64,000 nt of DNA from Tubiluchus corallicola (lineage: Eukaryota; Animalia; Priapulida): assembly GCA_030141605.1 (NCBI GenBank), contig JAQGDQ010000245.1, positions 272,098 to 336,097 on the forward strand, given 5' to 3'. This document shows, in pieces, positions 14,001 through 26,053 of the stretch. Under the pieces are notes generated by a model. The model was not told the DNA's origin, made no database searches, and saw nothing but the letters and a program-made list of their open reading frames with translations. A program made the translations under genes and the position numbers. Each line of letters opens with the position of its first letter. Within the stretch, counting starts at the first letter, position 1.

Positions 14001-15593
14001 TAATGTACCTACAGATTAGGATAACCTAGTAAACTTAAATTACAGTATTGTACTGTAAATACTAGCATCTGTTTATAAATTAGTTTGATAACACTGTAAC
14101 GTCATTTTAATCATAAACTGTCCAAAGACAGAAGGACTAGGGACATATTTATAAATTGACTAATTAGGCGGAAAGGTAATTTCATAACCTGCTTAGATTT
14201 AATAGCAAAGCTTGATCCATTTATGACCACTTACAATGCTGGGAAGGGTGCTATCCCATTGCTAATGATAAGTATAATCTGCTAATTAAGTTTTATAGTG
14301 ACTTATAAGAGCTAATATACTATAGCAGGTTTTGAATTACATTGTAGACAGAAAAAAATTAATATTAGCAATGTAGGATGTTCATGCAGTTCTGATAAAT
14401 ATCTAACTGAAAGCGTGTAAACAATCTCCAGATTATACTTCGAATACCAGTAATTATAATACACTACAAGCAGTTACTGTGTCTCCTTTTATATAAGCAC
14501 AATATATATATATATATATATATATGTAAGTATAGTAACCATGTCTTTTCACAGTTTCGTTGTGCGCACGTGCAGTTGCTAAATACTACAGCAGAGTGTC
14601 TTAACTACACGTCATGTGATATGTAGGTAAAGTAAAGCTGTCTGCTGCGTGAGTTGTCTTACATGTACTTTACTTAATTATACATTAGTCTGTACATAGT
14701 GTGACTTACTTGCAGGATCTTGCTTGGAACTAAGTAAGGATCTAGGTAGCTGTTAAAACTGTTGCTATTACAATAGAATGGGCTACGAGGTAGTGCCAAG
14801 TGTACACAAATGCGTTGTCTGATACACTTAACAGTTGATCTTTTCACGATCATCATCAATTGCTGGAACTGCGAAAAGGCTTATTTGCACAATTATTAAT
14901 AAGCGAAAGATAATGCACCACAAATAATTGTACACTCTGCTTGAATATAAGCACTATGCAAGTGCGTTTAAATGGCCATTAATAGTGCTGGTAATAAACC
15001 ACAAGCAATTATACACTAAGTCTCATAAATAACCAGGACTGGGCAGTACTATTCTTCAGCCTAGGCCATCATAATGTCTTAATATGCCGGAGAAAATACT
15101 ACATCGTATTTATGTCAGTTTAATGGTAACTTCGTTAATTATATAATTACAAATGAAGTACACAACTAATTCTTATGACACAAGCAGAAATCGGCTGAAA
15201 TACTCGGTCACAAAAACATATAATCACAGTTTTTTTCTTTATTAGATCTCCTACAACTTCACTTTGTAACTGAAACTTTGGGCTGCTTAGTTTATAAATA
15301 TAAATTCTAGGACAAAAACATCATTTAAAGGTACACAAAACGTGGCTGACTTGGCAATCATTGGTCTTATCGTCACCCCATCTGCGTTTGTACGTTATTA
15401 TTATTTTGTTCTTATTTGTTTTTGCACTGAAGGTGGCTAATAATAAATATTCTATTCTATTAGCAAATTTAGTATTTCTTGTCAACGGATGGCACTACAT
15501 TATAAGTATCAGCATAGCAAAGAAAGATTTTTTGAGCTATAAATAAGTGCAAAAGTGACAATGGAGAACTCACCAAGCAGTTCTCCCACACAT
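8015..15593 (-). CDS. HMCES: Abasic-site processing protein HMCES (SRAP domain), complete
   Basis: Exons 15593-15574 (MCGRTAC), 13979-13836 (..YQPSYNISPS), 13074-12856 (PMRWALVPSW..NCRSE..GRRCVVVADG), 12435-12252 (FYEW..MAGIFDVW), 10222-10079 (LYSYSVITVDA..HHRIPALL), 8428-8316 (WHKVSTIVNNSRN), 8126-8015 (PIP-like QQTLMDTW, TGA). All introns are GT-AG and phases match. Catalytic Cys2, Glu and His are present. Confidence 0.96.
8656..8859. repeat. About 200-bp imperfect palindrome (MITE-like) in HMCES intron 5
   Basis: Arms AGTAATTTGCAGCAAATTTT..CTAGCTTGAACATGCAGTATGGCAAATCTGCAA and its near-exact reverse complement, plus an inner AAAAATAACC/GGTTATTTTT pair. Confidence 0.85.
10489..11166. mobile_element. 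Tigger/pogo-type non-autonomous element in HMCES intron 4
   Basis: TIRs CAGTAAGTTCTCGTTTAACG and (reverse complement) CAGTAAGTCTTCGCTTAACG, with TA on both flanks. Confidence 0.85.
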
Positions 15594-17109
15594 TTCGTTC
15601 CCAGCTAGGCCATAAGTGCAGCAACAGCAGTAGCTTTATTACAGTCCAGACAGTTGAATATGGCAGCAAAGTTTGTTTGTTGTCAACTCAAACCTAAAGT
15701 AGGCCACAGACTGTAGCATAAATTAGAATTAGGATTGGCACCCCAACACAAACTGAACTCAGAAGTCAAGAACTAGCCTGATGGGCTGTAAGCTCCCCCA
15801 GGACAGAGACCCGGAAACCAAGCATTGCCTGCATTTTAGATGTTTCACGAGGTCTTTCTCAGAAACTACAATCAAGAAATTCAAACTACGAAGTAGTACA
15901 AATTCTTGATTTTGATTCCAAAAAGCCTTAAAAGTCTAAAACTTTAAAGCTAAATTATAAAGATAAAGCAGAAGAATACTTGCTTTGCAGCATTTGCCAT
16001 CATACAGCAAAAATTGATGCAAAATGTAGATGGAGTGAAATGATGAAGCCATGCAACCGATTATAAACTTAATTTAATAAGTTTACTGTTACCTTAATTA
16101 ACAGAGACTCAGTGGTTTTTTGCATAATCTTTTAAAAGTTTTATTAGCATGCAAGTTGTATTTCCACTTTTTTCCACTTAATTTCAATGTGATGGTCGAA
16201 ATCAGGAGATTTAAGAATTTTTCAAAAACCGACTGAAACACAAATCTATAGCCACAAAGCCACCTTGCTGAATAAATTATATATTTAAGAGTTAAAATCG
16301 TGATACTTACATTATTGGTTTCACTGAAATTTACAGCTTTGGTAGACAGATATACATTTTTTATGTTTACGGTTCAGTAACAGAAGCTGTATATTAATCT
16401 ATATTTGTGCATCTGATTTTGATACTGGTTCTGATTCAATATTTACTGCCAGATTGTGCCAGCAAGAATAGTGCCACAAGGCACATGTAGCTTATAATTA
16501 ATTTCTTAATGCTCAACTGAAAACATTGGTATTTCATTTCAATATTTTCACTTTGGGATTTTAGGACATTTTGATAAAGCAAATGATAAAACACCACTGA
16601 AGTTGAGAGAATCCACCTGCTGGTTACAGAGTTTGTTCTGACCTTCTTTCATTTTGTAAATGGTAGACCCATAGTGAAATTGGGGAATGAAAATGAAGAA
16701 GATGTACTAGAATTTGCAAGTTCTGGAACCGTGTCAAGTCTAAGATAAAGATAGCTCCATGTGCCTGTTAATTACATCCTCACAGAAGAAAAGGACTACG
16801 AGCCAGGAAGTAAATGTGCCACATGAAATTGCTTGTAATCATCTGATTGTAGTAGGCCTACTGAGCCACCTGACTCTATTAGTGAGTCACATGATGTCCT
16901 GAATGTTGTAGCGGGTGTAGTAATGTGTTTCCTGATTTGTTCGTTCTTCCAAGAACAAAAAAAATCGCAAATCAAATTAGGAAATTTCAGAAAAAGCTGG
17001 CTACAAGAGAAAAAACCATCGAAGATATATCAGCGAATTGAATGACTATAAAAAATTTATGAACTATTTTACAACAATGGCTAATTACAATTTCTTGTTG
17101 TAGCTATTT

Positions 17110-17340
17110 AATTCATTCATTCCAGTGTGTAATGTTTTCAAATCAGTAATTTCAAGTTTTCATGGACAATATTGGATGTAAGGAAACGGGAAGGGTAAAG
17201 CATGGTGTTGAGAGCCAGACTGGAGGAGTGTAGAAGTGGGAGGGTATACATAAAACACCCGTTTAAAAAGTTCCACAATTTCGTACCAGAAGAAAAGGTA
17301 CCACCAGTGACATGTAGGATATTCCAGAATGAGTAATAGA
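17110..17340 (-). mobile_element. Degenerate LINE (L2/CR1-type) 3' end
   Basis: Motif 'GTFSSGTKLWNFL' on the minus strand, with a (GAAT)n-like tail at 17111-17122. Confidence 0.5.
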
Positions 17341-17448
17341 GTACAAAATCCATAAAAGCAAAATTCATTGTTATTAAAACACAGGCAACAGGGTTCTGGT
17401 TAATTTTTACGTTATCTGTGTAAAAGCATTCAGAAATAAATAAGTATA

Positions 17449-18072
17449 CCGTATCTACATGTGTACAAGTCGATGTGCACTTTAAGACCAAAAATTGCGT
17501 CATTTTATATATTACCTGTGTACAATAAAATATTAAGGTCTTCCACAGTAAATGATGTCAACGATGGCCAAGTAATAAATCAATAGCCTACTGTGTTAGT
17601 GTGTAAGGTATGTGCAAGTGCCTGGGCCGAGTATATTATACCTACCCGATGTATATATATATGTATATATATTCATGTTGAGGGCCCTCAATGCAATCCA
17701 TGATAATGCAGCCTGGCCTTTCATCACGCATAATTGTTTGTAATGCCTTTAACCCTACGATATTGCCCTAATTTATTTAACAGTAACATATAAATTTTAA
17801 CTTAATTTCACATACATTGAAATAAATTACAGTAATATTTGTTAATTTTGTGAAGTAATGTCAAGATGCGAACATTCTCCGATGTGAAGTATCACAGTAT
17901 GAGTGTTCATTCAGTCCAGCGTATAATGAAGGATTATTTCTTTACATATTCGTATTGCAGACGACTCTTTAGCGACATCTCCCAAAAACATATCGTAAGT
18001 ATAAGTCGACCCCAAAAAATTTCACCTTAAAATCGCCTCCCAAAAATTCGACTTGTACATAAGTATATACGG
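17449..18072. mobile_element. Tc2/pogo-type non-autonomous element
   Basis: TIRs CCGTATCTACATGTGTACAAGTCGA and (reverse complement) CCGTATATACTTATGTACAAGTCGA, with a TA target duplication. Confidence 0.85.
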
Positions 18073-18204
18073 TAATAAGCACTCGTAAAAATTCCACTAC
18101 AAATGAAGTTTATTTCTCTAAAAAATAGCAATGTTAAACAAAGCTGTGCGATAATATATTTCCTTTTGCACCATTTAAAAGACTTCCTGGAATCCTGGTT
18201 GACA

Positions 18205-18530
18205 TATTTTGATTTTAAAGCTGCACTGGCAGCCATTTTGAAACATAATAACTTTGAATGACCTCGAAACATTTTCCGATAGATCGCATATGCTATTATA
18301 TCTGCTGGTAATACATTTCTGCTATCTTAAATGCTACTTAGTGAAGTTATTTTGACTTTAAAGTTGATTTAGTTGCCATTTTAAAACAAAAAAAGACTTT
18401 TAATGACCTTGAAAATTTTTCTGATAGATCATATGCTATTACATCAACTGCAAATACATTTATGTTGTCTAAAGTGTTAACTAATTGAGTTATTTTGATT
18501 TTAAAGCTGCATCAGTGTGACCATTTTGAA
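18205..18530. repeat. Degenerate ~140-bp tandem repeat (about 2.3 units), Helentron-internal type
   Basis: Recurring TTTTGATTTTAAAG..GCCATTTTG..AATGACCT.GAAA..GATAGATC..ATGCTATT units. Confidence 0.7.
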
Positions 18531-18920
18531 TTTAAAATCTATTACTTTTTACCCCAAAATGGATTTTCGGGGATTTTGAAAATGCATGGTATTTTGGACG
18601 ACTTTGTGTGTCAGTGCAAAAATTTAGCTTTACATTATTTTTGTCTGGGTAACACTTTATTTTGACCAGACTAGATGGTAAACATTAGGACCTTTCCTTC
18701 GTTACATTTGCACATGTAAGTAGTTTGGCTTATAGGATGGTAGCGGCCTAACATGCAGTAATAACGTTTAATTAATATTAAAACGACAAAGACAGTCGAT
18801 GGACCTGACTAAAAAATAAACGTATGTTCTCTTTTTCAAACTCGGCCCTTTGATATGTAGGTTGGATAGAAATTCAAACATTTTCAAGATGCAGAACGTA
18901 ATCCAGCGTACAGTGTAAAA

Positions 18921-20791
18921 TCAAGTTACCAAACTACATTTCTCATCACACTTGATTGGTGATTTTGCTTCAATCCTCACTAACAGATGCGTATAAAGCG
19001 GCACTTTGGAAAGTGACACCACAGTATAATTTAGACTATTAAGGCCATCGGTTTTTAACCTGGCCATTGAGGTTTTAAATAAACCTCTTTTGAGACCAGA
19101 GGGTGGTCTTTTTATGTGTTTTAGCATATGATACCGTCCTACTTCTTTGGATGGCAGTTGAACTCGAAGCTTCGAGCGCTTTATTCTTAATTCCATATCA
19201 TCATCTTCTCCACCCCACCCCCAAAATTCATTTGAGTAACCATTCACTAGTTCGACGTGCTGTTTTTTAAGTGCTAAAACACCGCCTACCAAGGCGCGAT
19301 AGCCAGCCTTATAAGTGCCAGTCCTGTTAATAACATAGGACATGTGGTAAGGTTGCTCCACACATTTGTATATGTTCTTATCATTCTCAGGAATAAGATC
19401 AACATCATGAAATATCACACATTCAAATTGACCAAGCTTTTTAGCTTCAAGAAATGCAGCATTCATTATGACGCCTTTGTTGAATGTTTCGTTACCCTCT
19501 TGTTCTGCGACAACAATACGATAGCTCCTTTGCTGTTTTTGTAGTAGTGGATGTAGATTTGCGAGCAGAGCGAACAGATGTTGCTCTCTGTCTCTATATG
19601 GAATAATGATTAAAACAGTCTGTTGTGCAGTGCAGTTAGGCGGATGGTAAACACCCCCTTTTAGTTGCTCCAAAGTATGTAGCTTTTCACGGACCAAGTC
19701 TTCCTTAATGACAGGTTTAAATGCTCCCATAAGTCCCGGCGGCTGCTTAGGGCATGGTAGCTGCTTTGTATGCAAATTTTCACCAGAGCCTCTTTGGGAA
19801 TCATTAATTCTGAAAAAGGCCAGGCTGTTATTACATTACTGCAGATATAGTAGGTTAGGCCTACATTACTAATTTAAAACTTGATATTTTTATAAATAGT
19901 AACATCAGCAACAATAGCAAGAGAGAGATGTGTTATGCAGAAACCATATGTGGTGCATTAACAAAATATGTGCAGTCTTGACTTTCATTACCTGTCACTA
20001 AAGTGATCTCCTTTATCAGGTGTGCACAATTTTACGTATACAATGCCACCCCTGTGCTTAGTCTTTTGCTGTAGTTTAAACAGAGTTTTTTGTATTTGCA
20101 TTATGCTAGCAGATAATGTAATCTCTGGTTTAAATCACATGTGATATATTTTTGGTTTTGGATGGGCAAAGAAATTTGAGTATACCGATATATTGGCACT
20201 GAGGCAAAGGTTAACAAAAAGAGATTAAAATGATTAAATTTGTACTATAAAAGTTGCTACTTTATGACAGTGATGACACTGCACATAGTGCATGTATACA
20301 GACACTGCATGTACCTACCATCTGTAAAAACCGAATGAAATTTCCTAAGTAAAATATTTACAATTCGGTTTGCTCTTTACCATTTACAAAACAAACTCAC
20401 ATAGACAATTCTAATAGCATTGAAATGGTTTATAGATAGGAACAAGATGATCTGCTTTATAAACTTTGACACAGTCACATATAATACTGCAAAACAGCCT
20501 ACAGAAACAGTAAAAAACCTAATGCAGTCAAATGACAAATGCACCTAGCTAATTGACATTTGCAATTTACTTTTTTTTCACTATTATGAAATAAGATGAA
20601 AGTAATAAAAAACAAACTTACGCTAACACTATCCGGTCTTTCTTAATGTAAGAGTAAGCAGGAACCAAACTTTGTGAGCTATAATTAAATTTGCTAATCA
20701 TACTGAATAAAAGCCAGGAGCATGTGACAAGCAAAAATGTTTTTGTAACCCGGTCTAGGCTTGTCAAACTACACAAAGAGTCCACATACAT
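18921..20791 (-). CDS. GT7 beta-1,4-N-acetylgalactosaminyl/galactosyltransferase (bre-4/B4GALT-like), type II membrane protein of about 352 aa
   Basis: Exon 20791-20622 (MYVDSLC..TFLLVTCSWLLFSMI, hydrophobic anchor) joins in phase 2 to exon 19809-18921. Motifs IIPYRDR, FNKG, FHDVDLIP, LVGGV, NGYSNEFWGWGGEDDD and MLKH are present. Confidence 0.93.
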
Positions 20792-20893
20792 CGTCCTGCG
20801 GGCTTACTACCAAGGAAGTCTACCTATAGACTAAAGTTGGTAAACACTGGGCCTAAGTGAAAATACATGTTCAGCATGTGTAAAGCAACATAC

Positions 20894-21175
20894 GTTTCTT
20901 TACACCGGCCTTTTATGACCTTTAGACTGTAGCACTCCTACACACGATTATCACGTTAAAATTTTCAAAGTGACTAGAGGTACAGTTTCAGATTTGAACT
21001 TTTTTTGCATTAAAGCTCCGACACCAGAACTTTCACCTTTGAAGGTGCAGTGCGCGGCGCGCATCAGAGATGTTGCTGCTCGATTTTCGAATGTCTTCCC
21101 TGTACTACGGGAATCTAAATGTTGATATTCCAGCATTCCTTTCGGAATATTATTGCAACACGCACGTGTGGTACC
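20894..21175 (-). promoter_or_regulatory. Probable promoter and non-coding first exon upstream of the glycosyltransferase
   Basis: CpG-rich patch (GCGCGGCGCGC near 21052). A minus-strand GTATGT donor at 20893 and an acceptor at 20824 define a 70-nt 5'UTR intron. Confidence 0.4.
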
Positions 21176-21289
21176 AAAATAACACTATCTAGTGTATCTT
21201 TATATGATTGCTGTCCAATGTCAGATCAAACTCTTGTATTGCTGTTCTAAATTTCACTGCATCCGAGGTTTGCACAATGGTGTGCTGTA

Positions 21290-22185
21290 AAAATGACCCA
21301 GGAAAAAAGGGCACAGGAATAACAGCACAAATGGAAAGTATGAAAAAATGGCACACAGGTTATTTTGATGCAATTGATTTCTATAGTAAAAGTGGAATGC
21401 GCTCGTTAGGAAGCCAAAACCCAATAATCATAAACTTATTCGCCTGATTCTTTTGATTAAAAAAAATTAACACAAAGATAAACAAACAAACATACAAACA
21501 TGTATGTGTGCTGATATTACATAGACTAGCAAAAGACTCACAAAATATTTTTTCATCAAATAGATGCGCAAATGTTCCACAAAGTGCTTATCTACCCTTT
21601 AACAACTAATTTTGGCGATGGTAAAAGACTGACAAACATATACGTACCAAATCACCTTATAAGGCCCTACACATTAATAAGCAAAAGTTATAGATAGTGT
21701 TATACAGTTTTACAAGCATGAATTTCTTGAAGTGCAAGTGGAACTAGCTCGTAGTTGTTTGACAAGGAGAAAATAACAAAAAAGAAGTACTAATTATTGT
21801 CTCTGAGACCTGCACGAAGTGCTTCACGAATGTTTTTCTTTTCTACATGGTTTTCGGTCAAGTTTTGTAAAAAAAGAACTGGCGAAAAGATTCTCATTTT
21901 GGCACCCTATAATCGCTATCATTTTTCACAAAGTTTCATGAAAATTTGTTAGGTAGTATTTGTTTGATAGGCTTACTGCCATAACAGGCCAAAAAAACAA
22001 CAAAACAAACAAACAAACTGTGTTGAAACAACTTTCTTTTTAGAGGTAAAAATAACTAAAATAATTATCCTCCACTGTAATCCTACCCCTAAATACATAT
22101 TCTACTAAACGTGCCATTTTTTCCTGTGGCATTTTTACCTGTGCCGTTTTAAGCTACTTTTCCATTTGTGCCATTTTTTCCTTAA
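21290..22185. mobile_element. Foldback element with modular arms and a nested Helentron/HINE-like insert
   Basis: The left arm has GGAAAAAAGGGCACA-type modules and the right arm has their inverse (TGTGCCATTTTTTCC). Internal 21900-22050 reads AAGTTTCATGAAAAT..(ACAA)n..GAAAACA..GAGGTAA, like a HINE 3' end. Confidence 0.6.
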
Positions 22186-22329
22186 CCAGTTCTTTCGCCA
22201 CCCATTCACCAATCAATTATGTTATAATTTTATTTTCCTACATAAGTCATCACTAACTCTTGTACTTTTATTATTATGCGTCTTGTGTTTTGTAAAAGGT
22301 GGTAAAAAATTAAATTACTTACTTTCCTC

Positions 22330-22575
22330 TTTGTCCCTCATATTTGAGCCAGAAAATGTTCCCCGATTCATAACATAGACTACTACATGATTTACGTGGG
22401 AGCACAACTCTAAATTATCTGTACAATACTCTCCCACTAATATCAGAACCAACTTCTACTCTCATGTTATGTGTCCTTGAAATTCACATAATAGTGTAAT
22501 TGTTGAAGCGTCAAATCTGGCTCAATTTCGAAAATTGTTGAGGAGAGACCTAATCGTTAAAAATTGTTTTATAGT
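22330..22575 (+). mobile_element. Degenerate CR1/L2 LINE 3' fragment
   Basis: Frameshifted translation resembling 'RGH..KL....TNIRTNFYS..NS...IVEASNLAQFRKLL', typical of a LINE ORF2 C-terminus. Confidence 0.6.
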
Positions 22576-22917
22576 TAGGTATCTTATGGCTAGGTTTACC
22601 TAGGCTAGTATCAAGAATGAGTATGTGTTTTCTAACTGCGGAAAAAATCAATAGGAATAGCTGCAGAAAAAGAATAACGTATATGCAGGCTGCAAAAATG
22701 GGTACATTGAAAACAATGTAAACTGATTTTATTTATTCTGCACCCCCACAACACATAAGCAGTTTGTAAGGTTTGTTTAGATTTTGCAAGCAAGTTTGTG
22801 ACACCAGAATATTCGACACGGCACTGTACCTAAAGAAATTACCAGGTCCGGTGCCGGACCTATAGACACGTTTTTCGCTTCTGATCCCTACACGTCAGGA
22901 TCATAAACTCATTAAAA

Positions 22918-23570
22918 ACCAATCAAGCTATATAAATCAATGGTTCGTCCTTTATTGGATTATGGTGATGTGATTTGGAGTCCAAATCGTCAAGATATGA
23001 TAAGGAAAATTGAAAGTACACAACATCGAGCTACTAAACTTGTACCTGCTATTTCTCATTTACCATATGTTGCAAGACTTAAGATTCTGGGCCTTACACC
23101 TCTGAAGTACAGACACAAAAGACAAGATTTAATCCAAACATTTCGTATCCTTAAAGGTATAGAAACCATCAACAGCGAAATATTTTTCCGTCGACAGACA
23201 TATCATGGTACCAGAGGTCACTCCTACAAAATCAAAAAGAGAACAGTTCCCCAAAGGTGGAGTAGGAGGAGATTCACATTTGCAAGGCGAGTAATTAATG
23301 AGTGGAACGCGCTGCCTGACACTGTAGTTCAAGCCTCCAATCCTGCCCAGTTTAAGTCTCGTCTCGATAGACACTGGAAATGCAATCCTGAAAAATATAT
23401 AGACCCCAGGTTGCTACAATGGCAACAAGAAACCTCGTGCTACGCTTCATGATTGCAGTGTGGCCACCTATTTTGTTCACTTTTTATATTAATAAAGTAA
23501 ACAAGGAAGAGTGGAGAGGTCCATAAGCTATTTATGCTTAACCCCTATCCTTCGACGGTAACCGGTAACT
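22918..23570 (+). mobile_element. CR1-clade LINE 3' fragment
   Basis: LYKSMVRPLLDYGDVIWSP..IESTQHRATKLV..TRGHSYKI..F.RRVINEWNALP..FKSRLD. The 3' UTR ends in a GGTAACC tandem tail at about 23557-23570. Confidence 0.9.
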
Positions 23571-25203
23571 TAAGTGAGTTCGTGAGGTACACTTTAAATT
23601 CCAGTTTTGACATTGTACACGAATTTTGATAAAAGACTAATGCTGATTGAGAATCGCAGTATACTAACTAGTAGATTACTTCAGCTGTGCTAATAATCGC
23701 ATAATTCATAAGCTTGTGATAATAATAACATTACGACTCTAGATCATTTTGAGAGTCCGGGCGCACCGATAGAAACTTTTAAGAAATGTATTTCAAACTT
23801 GTTTTATTGCCAACGTCTATAATAATGTAACTAAATAATGACATTAATTTTCAATGTGTTTATGATAGTATTATTACAATATGCAACAATTAGCAATTAT
23901 TAATGCAAAAATGTTAACTAAATTCCGTTGCAGACCTGACGTACAACAACTATTAAAAACTGTACAGTGACTGCTCCACTTATAATATCATGCATGTGTA
24001 CGTGATCCGCTTAATGGAATTGAAATTTATTATTCTCCATCAGATTACAAAATATACAATAACAACTTAACCAGATCCAGTCTAAAGTACTATGTGAATA
24101 CACAGTGATGAGTGATGTTACTTAATGACTGTACCGCTCACACACTACACCGTCACCACAGTCTTAAATGCATCATAATTATGTAAAATATCTATGATTT
24201 ATTTAATGTTGGTTACTTAGATCTGTGTAATCCCCATTTCCTAACACTAATAGAACGCAATTGTTATGCTAAGGAGAATGCATGAACAAATCTATGCAGT
24301 ATAGCAGAAATAAGGCGAGGGAAAGCTAACGCATATTTACTAAACAAAATGAATTAACTATCTGTTTTCTTTGCATGGTAATTGCTAGCCAGGATGTAAA
24401 AACAAACAGCAAAATTTTGACAAAATTACTACAGGTATTTTTTATAGGTTATTTTTTATAAAAATACATTTTATATTAACAAAAAATTTTTATTACCAAA
24501 AGTATTATTCAAAACAGTCCAGATTATGTCAGTAATATGATCGGATTCCAGACAATTAGCAACACAGACTTTTAAGCAATATTAGCTACATAACATTACT
24601 CAATTTGCAAAAATAATATTATGGGAGTTTAAACCTGATGCATACAAATTGACAATAGCTATACAAATTGACTAAATTGCTATAGCTATACAGTATAGGT
24701 GCAAGATGCTAACAGGTAGTTTCACACTAAAAAAACATGGTAATCACGTCAAGAAACTTTAACATAACATGAATGAAGGGAATTAGAAAAATGACAAGGA
24801 AACAAAAACTACACATAACTTCTTGATGTAAATACTAAAAACTCATCTTGAGGAAGTACCACATCCAGTTAGCAAACTTTGGCTTAAATGATCAGACGAT
24901 CTGCACTTCATTAAGGAATGCAAAATGGCACAGAAAAGCATCAAAGACTAACATTCCACAGAGAGCAAAACAAATGACTTCTAAAACACAAGACATAAGA
25001 TGGACCGAGATATTTTTTCACATGAGAGTAGGTAAGAAGTCAAGCTACAAAAGAACAGACAAGAAGTCAAGCTACAAAAGAACATGTTAAAGCTGAATTC
25101 ATTTCAAATAAAGCACCTAGTGTATTTATATTGTATGAAGGTAAATCAAATTGTATGTAAGCAAAACTGCAATTATAATATTAAATCTTTCAAAATTACA
25201 TTA

Positions 25204-25869
25204 GTGTGCTTGCATACCAAAACCATCCATGAGTCGGCATAGTTAAAACTGCGTTATGATGTTTCAAAGTAGAATGATCGAAAAATTTGGTCAAATGTCG
25301 ATTTTTCGTGTTTTGTAAAAACCAACGCTAAATATATTAGACTTTTATATTCTAGCATCAAATCATCACAGAAATGTTTGAAAAACACTAAAAATTTAAT
25401 TTTATAACTCTTTACTCACTTTTCTGTCTATAAACTAGTAATGCAATTGTAAAAAACTCCTATTTTCAAATTCCGATTGTGGCTCATGGAGGTTGTCATT
25501 TTGCTTCGGATTTTTTCTGTTGCTAAACCCAGATCTTCGTCAGGAAGAGCCATCTACTGGATTGAAACGTAACTTTAAAGTGCTTTTGCGAAGTCTGTAG
25601 CAACCAAAGTTTGCACGGTTGCTAAGTGTTTTCTAGAGACGCGACAAAAAAAAAACAATGGCTGACTTCAACAGCGATTTTCTCAAGACTACGTTTTTCA
25701 GTGCATAGCCTGCATTTGAACTTCAATGTGGATTATCTCAGCTTAGAAATAACATAGAGCGATGAACTTGGTATCAAAATGATCCTTGTGAAATGGAGGT
25801 TCAAGATATGTGAATAACTAGAAAAACTTAATTGCCGACTTATGGACGATTTTGCTATGCAAGCACACA
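25204..25869. mobile_element. Non-autonomous TIR element, Kolobok-like
   Basis: TIRs of about 35 bp: GTGTGCTTGCATACCAAAACCATCCATGAGTCGGCA and (reverse complement) GTGTGCTTGCATAGCAAAATCGTCCATAAGTCGGCA, with TTAA-like flanks. The superfamily assignment is inferred. Confidence 0.75.
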
Positions 25870-26053
25870 TTAAGATGAGCATTATGCAATTAGCTATTTT
25901 TGTATTTTGAGCTATTTACCATAAAAATATTAGCCACAAAAAGAACTATTAAGAAATGTAACAAAATATCTGTACAAAATCATGATTGAAACAAAAACTA
26001 TGCATTCTCTTACAGATATATAAAATTGTGCAAAAAAACAATATAATTATGTG

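Noticed and set aside
18205-18530. CRISPR-like repeat array
   Set aside because: Degenerate head-to-tail units with no unique spacers, in a eukaryotic context with no cas genes.
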